In this document: piece by piece, positions 43,701 through 53,884 of the stretch
Numbering within the stretch: the stretch's first letter is position 1
Layout of the letters: each line of letters begins with the position of its first letter
Source of the DNA: Phaeosaccion multiseriatum
Lineage: Eukaryota > Protista > Ochrophyta, other classes
Length of the DNA stretch: 64,000 nt
Direction: 5' to 3'
Assembly (NCBI GenBank): GCA_965112735.1
Contig: OZ218952.1
Span: 806,001 to 870,000, forward strand
The notes under the pieces: generated by a model
Told to the model about the DNA's origin: nothing
Seen by the model: the letters and a program-made list of their open reading frames with translations, nothing else
The model's database searches: none
Program-made: the position numbers and the translations under genes

Positions 43701-44381
43701 GAGGACAGAGATGGGCAAGAGGGAAGCAGGAGAGATTGAGAGAGCCGCACGAGGTGTGGTAGCAGAGCATACCTCATGAGCAAGCACCCCAAGCACGCTG
43801 ATGGAGAGGCCTATCTACCCAGGCCAAGAGCCATCAAGACCTCACCTCCGTTGGCGCCACCGTAGGAGCCTCTGTCGATGTCACGGGGCAAAGGTTGACC
43901 TCGCTTTCGGAGAAGGTGCCGTCTGCAAGGGCCGTTGCGGCGCCTTCAGCGGTGAAGCAGCCTCTGCATTGCTGACCAAGACCGAACAAGTTGCAGTTCC
44001 TGGTAGCAGAGAAGCAGCAAACAAGGTGAGGGGAGTGAGGACCGACAGTGCGACCCGCGCACACCACCCAGTAGGACCGCCCTCCCTTCTTTCCAGCGGG
44101 TGCTCTTTGATATGGGCTCACCCACGACCCCTGTTTTCCTTCGTACCCCTATCGTACCCCCCCCCCACGTACACGATGTCTTCGGTGAGGCATGCCGGCT
44201 CGCAGTACAGCTCCTTGCCAGCGTCATCCAAGTAGGCCTGGTCATTCGCAGTGATGGCGGCACAGCAGATATTGAGCACGTCCTCTACAGGAGGAGCGGT
44301 ACTCGCCGTGGCGGACACGCCTCTGGGCAGGGAAGAGCGAGCCCCAAGAAGGGCCAGCAAGGCCAACACCGAGAATCCCAT
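35148..44381 (-). CDS. Gene A: type-I membrane surface protein, ~1,467 aa; signal peptide, 10 Cys-rich modules separated by P/T/A mucin linkers, C-terminal TM, short tail
   Basis: 19 exons: 44381-44173; six Y/X pairs (43999-43846/43674-43463, 43121-42968/42821-42415, 41883-41730/41583-41294, 40751-40598/40426-40125, 39773-39620/39473-39133, 38765-38612/38465-38239); 37759-37252, 37000-36786, 36593-36353, 36213-36039, 35753-35646, 35392-35148. Sum 4404 nt, in frame. Leader MGFSVLALLALLGA; TM GLVVGIVVGCIGGTVFVAGAVV. Confidence 0.88.
37850..44000 (-). repeat. Tandem array of six ~0.9-1.2-kb units (exon Y + intron + exon X + (GAGT)n intron) inside gene A
   Basis: Near-identical exons and introns recur with periods 878, 1238, 1132, 978 and 1008 bp. 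Length differences come from PTA-linker and (GAGT)n copy number. Confidence 0.95.
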
Positions 44382-44736
44382 CTCGCCCAAGCCTTTGCTT
44401 TTGCGAAGGCAATGCAGTGCTAATGTAGTCCATTATGACTACGCTCTGTGTCCGGCGATACGCTTATTCGGTGGGATAGAAGAATAAAAAAAGGGGCAAC
44501 ATAGGAAAGGGGGGGGGGGGTTGGGCAGACGTTACAGAAATTTCGTTTTCTCCGCCTTTGCCCCATCCGTTGTCCACATGATCCACCGTAAGTACACGTT
44601 ACCCCGCGTTATTATTATCCCGCCGAAGAGAACTCAGCGACCTCAATGATCTCGCCATCTCGCCGGAAGGGATGGTGCATAACACCCACAATTACACTAT
44701 CGTACAGGGTTTGGAACAGGAAAGACTTGGTGCAAG

Positions 44737-47700
44737 ATGATGAGACGCATCTCTTTCTCGTTGCTCGCCCTTGGGGCTGGCTCCACCCTACCCCGTGGCG
44801 TGACCGGTCTCAACACCTTGATGACGGCATGTACGGAGGATCCGTGTGTCGCTCTCTGCGAGGATGCGGGGCTGACCAAGCCTTGCGTGACAGACAAGTC
44901 GTGTCTCGTGTCGGGTGGCATTGGCTGCAATGCTGGCGGTGTGAACCAGGAGTGCCGCTACTGCGGCGAGTCCATGCTGCAGTACGGGCTTACCATCCCA
45001 TGTGCGGTGGTCTGTGATTCTACCCTCGCCCCGACAGTTTCGCCGACAGCAGCGCCTACCAAGGTAGTGTTGTTGATTGTATGCTTGGCACTTCTGTTGC
45101 ATCTCCCTGCCTGCCCTTGGCGTGATCTCTCCCCGACTCACACTGCTGTCGGATGGACCAGCGTTTCTTAGAGCAGTATTTTCTCATACTCCATGCTCTG
45201 ATGCAGCACCGATTCTCCTTTTCCTCTTCCTCGCCTCCTGCCGTTTTCTCACTCCATCCTGCCCTCCTTCTGCCCTTCTCTATCCTCCATCCCGTCGCCC
45301 CACTCCCCTCGCCAGGCACCAACTGCGGCTCCAACAGCAGCCCCGACAGCCGCCCCGACAGCGGCCCCGACAGCGGCCCCGACAGCGGCCCCAACGGCAG
45401 CTCCAACGGCAGCACCAACAGCCGCCCCAACAGCCGCCCCAACGGCAGCTCCAACGGCAGCTCCAACGGCAGCTCCGACAGCAGCTCCAACAGCCGCTCC
45501 AACAGCCGCCCCAACAGCCGCCCCAACGGCAGCTCCAACGGCAGCTCCAACGGCAGCTCCGACAGCAGCCCCGACAGCAGCCCCGACAGCCTCCCCGACA
45601 GCGGCCCCCACCGCCTCCCCAACCGGAGCTCCGACCCCCAGTCCTGTGGTACCGGACGTGTCCGACTGCTGCGCCACGCTCGAAGGAAAGGCGAAGGCCG
45701 AGTTGGAGGCCTACTTGGAAACCAATGGCAAGGAGATTTACTGCGAGCCTGCATGCCTCACTGGGCGCCTGGTGTGAGTGCCTTTCCCACTCCATCCACT
45801 CGGGAGAACAAAAGAGCGAAACTGCCAGAGGGAAGGGAAGGAAGAGCAGTGCCGAAGCTGAATAGTAGGGTATGTGCCGTTATCGTGTCATGCCTTGGAC
45901 CTCACCCCTATCCTCTCCTCTCCTCTCCTCTCCTCTCCTCTCCTCGCCCCCATCGCCGACCCCTTTCTACCTACACAGCAACTGCAACATCCTTGGCCTT
46001 GGCCAGGAATGCCGCGCGTGCTTCACCCCTGAAGGCGCCCTAGCGGCCCTCGACAATGGCACCTTCGCCGAGAATGAAATCAACATCTGCCCCACACCGC
46101 CGACACCAGCTCCGACCGCTGCACCCACTCCGGTAGGTGCAGAGGATACTTTGTTTCGAGTATGATCCACGTTCTGTTGGCACACGTGCCTCCTGCGGCC
46201 CTGTCAACCCCATCCGGACCCCCCTCATTCATCTTGTTCTGGCTCTGGTCTGTCCTCGCTTCTCCCCTTTTCCCTCTCGCTTCATCAGGCGCCCACCCCG
46301 GCCCCAACGGCTGCGCCAACTACGGCGGTAAGTGTCGATGATGACACTTGGCTTGCTCAGTTGGCTTGAAGTGTCTTTCAAGCTGCACTCCATCCTAACC
46401 CCGCCCCCGGTTCTTTCTCCCTCTCTGGATTGTCTCGCTGTCCCCCCACCTCGCCAGGCGCCAACGGCAGCACCGACACCCGCTCCGACCGCTGCACCCA
46501 CTCCGGTAAGTGCAGAGGGCTCTTCGCTTCGAGTATGATCCACGTTCTGTTGGCACACGTGCCTCCTGCGGCCCTGTCAACCCCATCCGGACCCCCCTCA
46601 TTCATCTTGTTCTGGCTCTGGTCTGTCCTCGCTTCTCCCCTTTTTCCTCTCGCTTCATCAGGCGCCCACCCCGGCCCCAACGGCTGCGCCAACTACGGCG
46701 GTAAGTGTCGATGATGCCACTTGGCTTGCTCAGTTGGTTTGAAGTGTCTTTCAAGCTGCACTCCATCCTAACCCCGCCCCCGGTTCTTTCTCCCTCTCTG
46801 GATTGTCTCGCTGTCCCCCTACCTCGCCAGGCGCCAACGGCAGCACCGACACCTGCTCCGACGGCTGCACCCACTCCCGCGCCCACGCCTGCCCCAACCA
46901 CCGCCCCCGAGTGCTGCGAGCCACTCACTGTCGACAACCAGGCCTACCTGGACACCCTTGGCAAGGAGCTGTACTGCGAGCCCGCATGCCTCACCGACAA
47001 CATTGTGTAAGTAGGGATTGGCGGTGCGATTGTCTGTCTGGCGCGCAAGGGAGGTGGGGGTAGGTGGGTGAGGCAAAAGCTCATGGCGAAACCGCTTGGG
47101 GGGAAGGAAGGAAGGAAGGAAGGAAGGAAGGAAGGAAGGCGGGAAGGAAGGAAGGCAGGAAGGCAGGAAGGCAGGAAGGAAGGAAGGAAGGGAGGAAGGA
47201 AGGAAGGAAGGAAGGAAGGAAGGCAGGCAGGAAGGAAGGAAGGAAGAGCGAGGGGAGACCATATCGTGGCATGCCTCGGTCCTCACCCCGCTCCTCTCCT
47301 CTCCTCTCCTCTCCTCCTCTGCTGCCTTTGCTGCCTCCTTGCCACCTACCAGCCACTGCAACATGTTCGGCCTTGGCCAGGAGTGCAGGGCCTGCTACAC
47401 CGCTGAAGGCGCCGCAGCGGCCCTTGCAGAGGGCACCTACCCCGTCGACGAGATCCACCTTTGCCCCGGCTACGCACCCTCCCCTACACCTGACGCACCC
47501 TCCCCTACACCCCCTACCCCCGAGTGCGAGCCCGACGCCTGTGTGGCTCTGTGCGAGGCGGCGGGTGTCCTTAAGCCCTGTGTGACCGACAGCTCGTGCC
47601 TCGATGGCGGAGCCATTGGTTGCAACGCCGATGGCGTGACCCAGGAGTGCCGCTTCTGTGGAGAGTCCATGCTGACGGACCACGGCCTGACCATCCCCTG

Positions 47701-49252
47701 CTCTGAGGAGTGCCCCGTCACACCCGCGCCTGTTGTGCCTACTGGACCTGATGCCACTGCGGCCCCGGCCGGCTCCCCTACTCCTCCGGGCACTACTCCT
47801 GCTCCTGCCGGGCCCACTCCCCCGGCCACTACTCCTACTCCTGCGGCCAGGCCCACTCCTCCGGCCACTACTCGTGCTCCTGCCGGGCCCACTCCTCCCG
47901 CCACTACTCCTACTCCTGCCGGACCTACGCCTGGGGTAAGTGGACGTGTGCACTCCCTCCCTCTCTTTCTCTCTTTTTCCATCTCTCGAGGCTCCCTTCT
48001 GCATCTGGAGAGCACTCTTTTGCCGCTTGCCACCAACTCCAGTCATCATACGTATGTGTTGTGTGTCCCTTCCCTTCGATATGAACGCGATTGTCTTCCT
48101 CGCCCTCTTGGCTCACAGTCCCACTCCCTGCCCGCCTCCCCCTCTCTCTCTTGTCGTCACCCCCCCCTGCTCCTCTGCTGTCGCCCGCAGACCGATGCAC
48201 CGGCATATTCGCCCGCCACCAACCCACCCGCACACGCGCCCACACCCACGACGGTTACTCTGTCGCCCCAGGGAGACGTCGAGGACTGCGTGTGCGACTT
48301 GACCGGCATCACTGAGGCCGACGCTGAGGAGCTCCAAGCCCATGGACTCGAGCTTTTCTGCGACACTCGTTGCGTCGCCAACCCACCCTACCCCCACGGC
48401 GGACTGTGAGTGTTTCTAGGACTCAAGGACTCTGTGAGAACGGAGCACGTCTGTGTGTGTGTGTGTGTGGGGTACGGCCTTGCTTTCCTTGGCTCAAGAA
48501 GGGTGCGGCCCAAGATGCGAGACTCAAGACTTCCCCTCCCTTCCTCTTCCCTTTCTCTTTCCCTCCCCTTCACACACACACACACACACACATACAGGCT
48601 GTGCAACATGCTTGGCCTGGGCCAGACTTGCCGAGGCTGCTACACCACCGACGGCGCCGTCCACTACCTCGCTGCCAACCCCGACGAGGTGTGCGACAGC
48701 CTCATCCTGTGCCCCGGATCCGAGTGCTCCGTGCCTACCGAGCCGCCTTCTGCAGCTCCTACTGCTGCTCCTACTGCTGCTCCTACTGCCCCCCCTACTG
48801 CTCGACCGACTGCCCCTCCCACCGCTCCTCCTACGAAGGTGAGTGAAGTCCGCAGTCAATCACTGACAGGAGAGAGGGCTTCGGTGAAGTCGCCCCACCC
48901 CACCCCACCCCACGCGACGGGGGCAAAGTTGCTGACGTACTTCCTCTCTTCTGTTCGTGCCCCACCCATGCCCCTAGGCTCCTACCATGCCACCTACGAC
49001 AGCTCCGACTACTCTGCCTCCCACCAAGGCCCCTACCGCGGCCCCCGTAGCCGCCTCTCCCACTCCTTCGCCCGGGGGCTGCACGACTGCCGAGGACTGC
49101 TACGCTATGGCCAGTGACTCGGACAACGAGTACCTCGAGGACAACAAGAAAGGTGCGTGTGAATAGGCACTCGCTGCTCGCACTCTGTGTCTCCCCTGTC
49201 GCCCTCCGGACTCGTGCGCTCCCTTTATCCGAGTGTCCGGTCCGCTCGCTCA

Positions 49253-49305
<53 letters not shown>

Positions 49306-49968
49306 TCATTCTCTCTCTCCCCGTCCCGCCTCTCTCCCTCGTTCTCTCCCCGCGCCGCACACCTCCAGAGCTGTACTGCGACCCCACCTGCTCGGAGGAG
49401 GGCACCTCGTACGGTGGTCTTCACTGCGACATGTTCGACCTCGGCCGAGACTGCCGGGCGTGCTACACCGAAGCAGGTATGTGCGTGCGTGTATGTGCGT
49501 GCGTGTACGTGCGTGCGCGCGCCCGTGTGTGTATGAGTGCGTGTGCCTGCGTGCGTGTGTGTGCGTGTCTGTGTGTGTGCCACTCCACAACGACACACCA
49601 TCTCCCTCCCTTGCTTCCCTCCTTACTAACCACCACTCCCCTCCCCCCTCGCCCCTCTCTCGTCCCCCTCTCCACCCCCCCCTCCCGTCCGCCTCCCTTC
49701 CCCCCTCCTCTCCTCTCCCATCGCAGGTGCCCAGCAGTACCTTGCCCTGAACCCCGGTCTGACGTGCGATGTCATCAACATGTGCGACGGACAGCCAGCA
49801 TGTACGATCGCCACCGCGAGGAGCAGTCTACGTGAGCAGGGCAGCACTGCCTCCAGCAGCAGTGGTGGCCTGTCGGACGGAGAGGTTGCCGGCATTGTGG
49901 TGGGCTGCATTGGTGGTACGGTCCTCGTGGCGGGGGCTGTCATGAAGCTCAAGCAGAGCCGCGACTAA
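44737..49968 (+). CDS. Gene B: paralogous type-I membrane surface protein, ~934 aa; signal peptide, 6 Cys-rich modules, PTA linkers, C-terminal TM
   Basis: 13 exons: 44737-45063, 45316-45773, 45979-46132, 46289-46327, 46458-46505, 46662-46700, 46831-47006, 47353-47935, 48191-48405, 48598-48838, 48978-49152, 49369-49476, 49727-49968 (2805 nt, in frame). Leader MMRRISFSLLALGAG; TM VAGIVVGCIGGTVLVAGAVM. Confidence 0.88.
46105..46870 (+). repeat. 373-bp tandem duplication in gene B creating duplicated linker micro-exons
   Basis: Donors at 46132/46505 and 46327/46700 are each 373 bp apart; the intervening introns are nearly identical. Confidence 0.9.
47353..49968. repeat. Right arm of large inverted repeat (3' part of gene B)
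   Basis: Reverse complement of ~35148-37760. Only scattered SNPs and microsatellite indels, except a longer PT linker and the diverged last exon. Confidence 0.95.
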
Positions 49969-50978
49969 GGCAGCAAGAGAGAGAGAGAGAGAGGGAGAGG
50001 GAGAGAGAGAGAGAGAGAAAGAGAGGGAGAAATAGAGAGAGAGTGTGTGTGAGAGAGAGAGAGAGGGATGCCGGAGGGTTCGAGAGGGGGAAGCAAAAAC
50101 CTGTCCTATGTGTGTACAGGGACATGCTTTGTTGTTGTCCTTATTAGTGTTTCTGAATGGTCTGATTCGTCTCTCTTTGAGCGACAAAAGCAAAGAATCA
50201 GCAAGTGAGTAATGCCCTAATACTGTATGGCTCGCTCATGCATGGGATGGGGATGGGGGGTGCTTTTCTTTTATGAGTAGGCAGGGGACTGCCGTGTAGT
50301 CATTGTTGCCTTCATTCATTAGATTTTTTTGTACTAAGAATAGTCCTAATTATATTATATTTCCAAGACACCTAAAAGGCGATTGGCTCACAATCTTCGT
50401 AATGTCTTATTGCACTCCCCTTGCCCACCCCTACCTGGGGAGCGTAACAAAACGACTCAACTCGGCGATACAGGCACTTTAGGGGGGGGGGAGGGCCCTC
50501 TGGGCTGCGAGACACCCTTATGTAAGACCCGCATGGCCTTTACGTAAGGAACAGGAGTTTCAGTTTGTTAGGCCTCCACACGCTGCAGGGCCATAGAACT
50601 GAACTTGATAGAGGTTGCAGGAGGCAACGATGCCGGCATTCGACTTGTCTCGACGAGAGCAACACGATGCGCATGTTCAAACTCACTAGAACAGTAGTTT
50701 GGGTCGTTTGGGTGTCTCTAAAACGGGGGGCTTAGTGAGTTCTCTTATAGTCTACTTACGTATCACATCCCTCGTCGATAGCCCATCTTATGATCGATAT
50801 CATATGTCGTCAGGCCCGAGATTGGCCATGGCCACATAGTGCCGAGACGAGTGTTAAAAGTCTGTCGCCGCCCAGGTGGGGCAGGTAGGAAGGGATGGGG
50901 GGGTGCTCTTCTTCAGAAGGTGGGGAGGGCTCTAATTGGAGGAGGAGAGAGGGGGGCGCCTCTGCGGATGCCGACTGT

Positions 50979-51239
50979 TCGGCCCTGGAAGAGGTTACAG
51001 TGTGCGCCGGGCACTAATGGCACTAATCAGGCCGGCTAGCGCCCGTCATAATCAGTAATCAGGCCGGCTGGCGCCGGTCATAATCAGTAATCAGACCCGG
51101 CTGGCGCCGGCCATAATCAGTAATCAGGCCCGGCTGGCGCCATAATCAGTAATCAGGCCGGCTGGCGCCGGCAGTAATCAGTAATCAGGCCGGCTGCGCC
51201 GGCCGTAATCAGTAATCTGATAACCTCTTCCAGGGCCGA
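50979..51239. mobile_element. Non-autonomous TIR element (MITE), 261 bp
   Basis: Perfect 19-bp TIRs TCGGCCCTGGAAGAGGTTA (50979-50997) / TAACCTCTTCCAGGGCCGA (51221-51239). Flanking direct repeat GACTGT at 50973-50978 and 51240-51245. Interior is a ~32-bp unit array. Confidence 0.85.
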
Positions 51240-52160
51240 GACTGTACTCACGCACTCCTCTTCACCTAATGTACTCACTCACTCCTCTTCACCTAATGTA
51301 CTCACTCACTCTCTCACTTCCTTTCTCACTCCTCACTCATTCACTCTCTCACTCTCTCACTTTCTCACTCTCTCACTCTCTCACTCTCTCACTCACTCAC
51401 TCACTCACTCACTCTCTCACTCTCTCACATCCTTTCTCACTCCTCACTCACTCACTCACTCACTCACTCATTCACTCACCCACCCACTCACTCACTCACT
51501 CACTCACTCACCCACTCACTCACTCACTCGCCATGGGAGGAAAGAGGCGACAGTAAACTGAAGTTGCCCTTTCTCCCCACCTATCGCATTGCTTTTCTGA
51601 TTGACTGTGGAAAGTCGTGCGATCGACCTCCACGGAAACGGACTAACTAGACACACAGATCAGGTACCACCCCACATCTTTGCCAGACTTGTCTCTATTC
51701 GCTTATCTATGCGCTGTCCTAAATGATCACCTGCAGGAGGATAGTGAGAATCGGGCCACCGTTTCTCACTGTATTTTCCCTACGCCTGGGCCACTGGCAT
51801 ACAACAACAGACCTTCAACATCCCCGTCAGCCATCCTTAACCCGATATATCACCCGTTTGACCAAACACTCTTGCGTGCTCTCACGCACTGAAGCTGTCC
51901 TGCTGATGCTACCTACTTGCCTTTCCACTCAGTCTCAGGCCACGGGTGAGAACAGTACAAAATCACCCACCAGTGTGTGACGTGTCCGTCCGTCCCCCCC
52001 CCCTTCCCACACACCTGCCACGGCAAGGTGAGAAAGCCCAGCAGTGCCTCAGAATCACCCTCCGTGGCTGCCCTGCCCACTTTTGCTTTGACTGATACCT
52101 CCCGGTCTGAATTCAGAGGATAAGTATCAGTCTAGCAAAAGTACGACTTCTACCATCAAA

Positions 52161-53460
52161 GAGTGAGTGAGTGAGTGAGTGAGTGAGTGAGTGAGTGAGT
52201 GAGTGAGTGAGTGAGTGAGTGAGTGAGGCTGAGTGAGGCTGAGTGAGTGAGTGAGTGAGAGAGTGAGTGAGGCTGAGTGAGTGAGTGAGTGAGTGAATGG
52301 AGTGAGTGAGTGAAGTGATTGTGTGAGTGAGTGAGTGAGTGAGTGAGTGAGTGAGTGAGTGAGTGAGTGAGTGAGTGAGTGAGTGAGTGAGTGAGTGAGT
52401 GAGTGAGTGAGTGAGTGAGTGAGTGAGTGAGTGAGTGAGTGAGTGAGTGAGTGAGTGAGTGAGTGAGTGAGTGAGTGAGTGAGTGAGTGAGTGAGTGAGT
52501 GAGTGAGTGAGTGAGTGAGTGAGTGAGTGAGTGAGTGAGTGAGTGAGTGAGTGAGTGAGTGAGTGAGTGAGTGAGTGAGTGAGTGAGTGAGTGAGTGAGT
52601 GAGTGAGTGAGTGAGTGAGTGAGTGAGTGAGTGAGTGAGTGAGTGAGTGAGTGAGTGAGTGAGTGAGTGAGTGAGTGAGTGAGTGAGTGAGGTGAGTGAG
52701 TGAGTGAGTGAGTGAGTGAGTGAGTGAGTGAGTGAGTGAGTGAGTGAGTGAGTGAGTGAGTGAGTGAGTGAGTGAGTGAGTGAGTGAGTGAGTGAGTGAG
52801 TGAGTGAGTGAGTGAGTGAGTGAGTGAGTGAGTGAGTGAGTGAGTGAGTGAGTGAGTGAGTGAGTGAGTGAGTGAGTGAGTGAGTGAGTGAGTGAGTGAG
52901 TGAGTGAGTGAGTGAGTGAGTGAGTGAGTGAGTGAGTGAGTGAGTGAGTGAGTGAGTGAGTGAGTGAGTGAGTGAGTGAGTGAGTGAGTGAGTGAGTGAG
53001 TGAGTGAGTGAGTGAGTGAGTGAGTGAGTGAGTGAGTGAGTGAGTGAGTGAGTGAGTGAGTGAGTGAGTGAGTGAGTGAGTGAGTGAGTGAGTGAGTGAG
53101 TGAGTGAGTGAGTGAGTGAGTGAGTGAGTGAGTGAGTGAGTGAGTGAGTGAGTGAGTGAGTGAGTGAGTGAGTGAGTGAGTGAGTGAGTGAGTGAGTGAG
53201 TGAGTGAGTGAGTGAGTGAGTGAGTGAGTGAGTGAGTGAGTGAGTGAGTGAGTGAGTGAGTGAGTGAGTGAGTGAGTGAGTGAGTGAGTGAGTGAGTGAG
53301 TGAGTGAGTGAGTGAGTGAGTGAGTGAGTGAGTGCGTGAGTGAGTGAGTGAGTGAGTGAGTGAGTGAGTGAGTGGTGAGTGAGGGAGTGGGTGAGTGAGT
53401 GAGTGAGTGAGTGAGTGAGTGAGTGAGTGAGGCTGAGTGAGTGAGGCTGAGTGAGTGAAG
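52161..53460. repeat. ~1.3-kb (GAGT)n microsatellite, intergenic
   Basis: Nearly perfect tetranucleotide run; source of the THSL ORFs. Confidence 0.97.
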
Positions 53461-53539
53461 AGGGTCAGTACGTATATATCGAGAGAGTGATTGGAGTGGG
53501 TTGCTGAGTACATGAAGAAAGCTGTAAAAAAGGCAGAAG

Positions 53540-53572
<33 letters not shown>

Positions 53573-53884
53573 CCTTCCACTGACCAAGATAGAGCCTGAA
53601 CCTCCTGACAGAGGAAGAGCAGAGCAGTACACCGACGAGAGCGGGACGCCTTCCCTGGCAAATCTGGTGTTGGTACGCATAGTTAGGGAAGGTCGAAAGA
53701 GGCGTTTTTGTTCAATGCACAATCATTTATTATTCTTTTCTACTAAACCAACTTCAAACAGAGTGTGTGTGTGTGGGTGGGTGTGTGTGGGTGTGGGTGT
53801 GCGTGTGCGTGTGTGTGTGTGGGTGCCTCTCCTCAACAACACCCTTCTTTCATCTATAGACTCATCCGCAGCGGCGTGTTAGCA

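Noticed and set aside
35148-49968. Inverted arms as TIRs of a giant transposon (Polinton-like)
   Set aside because: The arms are spliced coding 3' halves of host genes; no transposase, integrase or polymerase inside and no TSD seen.
51025-51220. Palindrome-containing ~32-bp repeats resembling a CRISPR array
   Set aside because: No unique spacers, no cas genes, eukaryotic context; enclosed by TIRs and a TSD, so better explained as a MITE interior.
52113-53661. 466- and 501-aa THSL-repeat ORFs
   Set aside because: Translations of a stop-free (CACT)n microsatellite.
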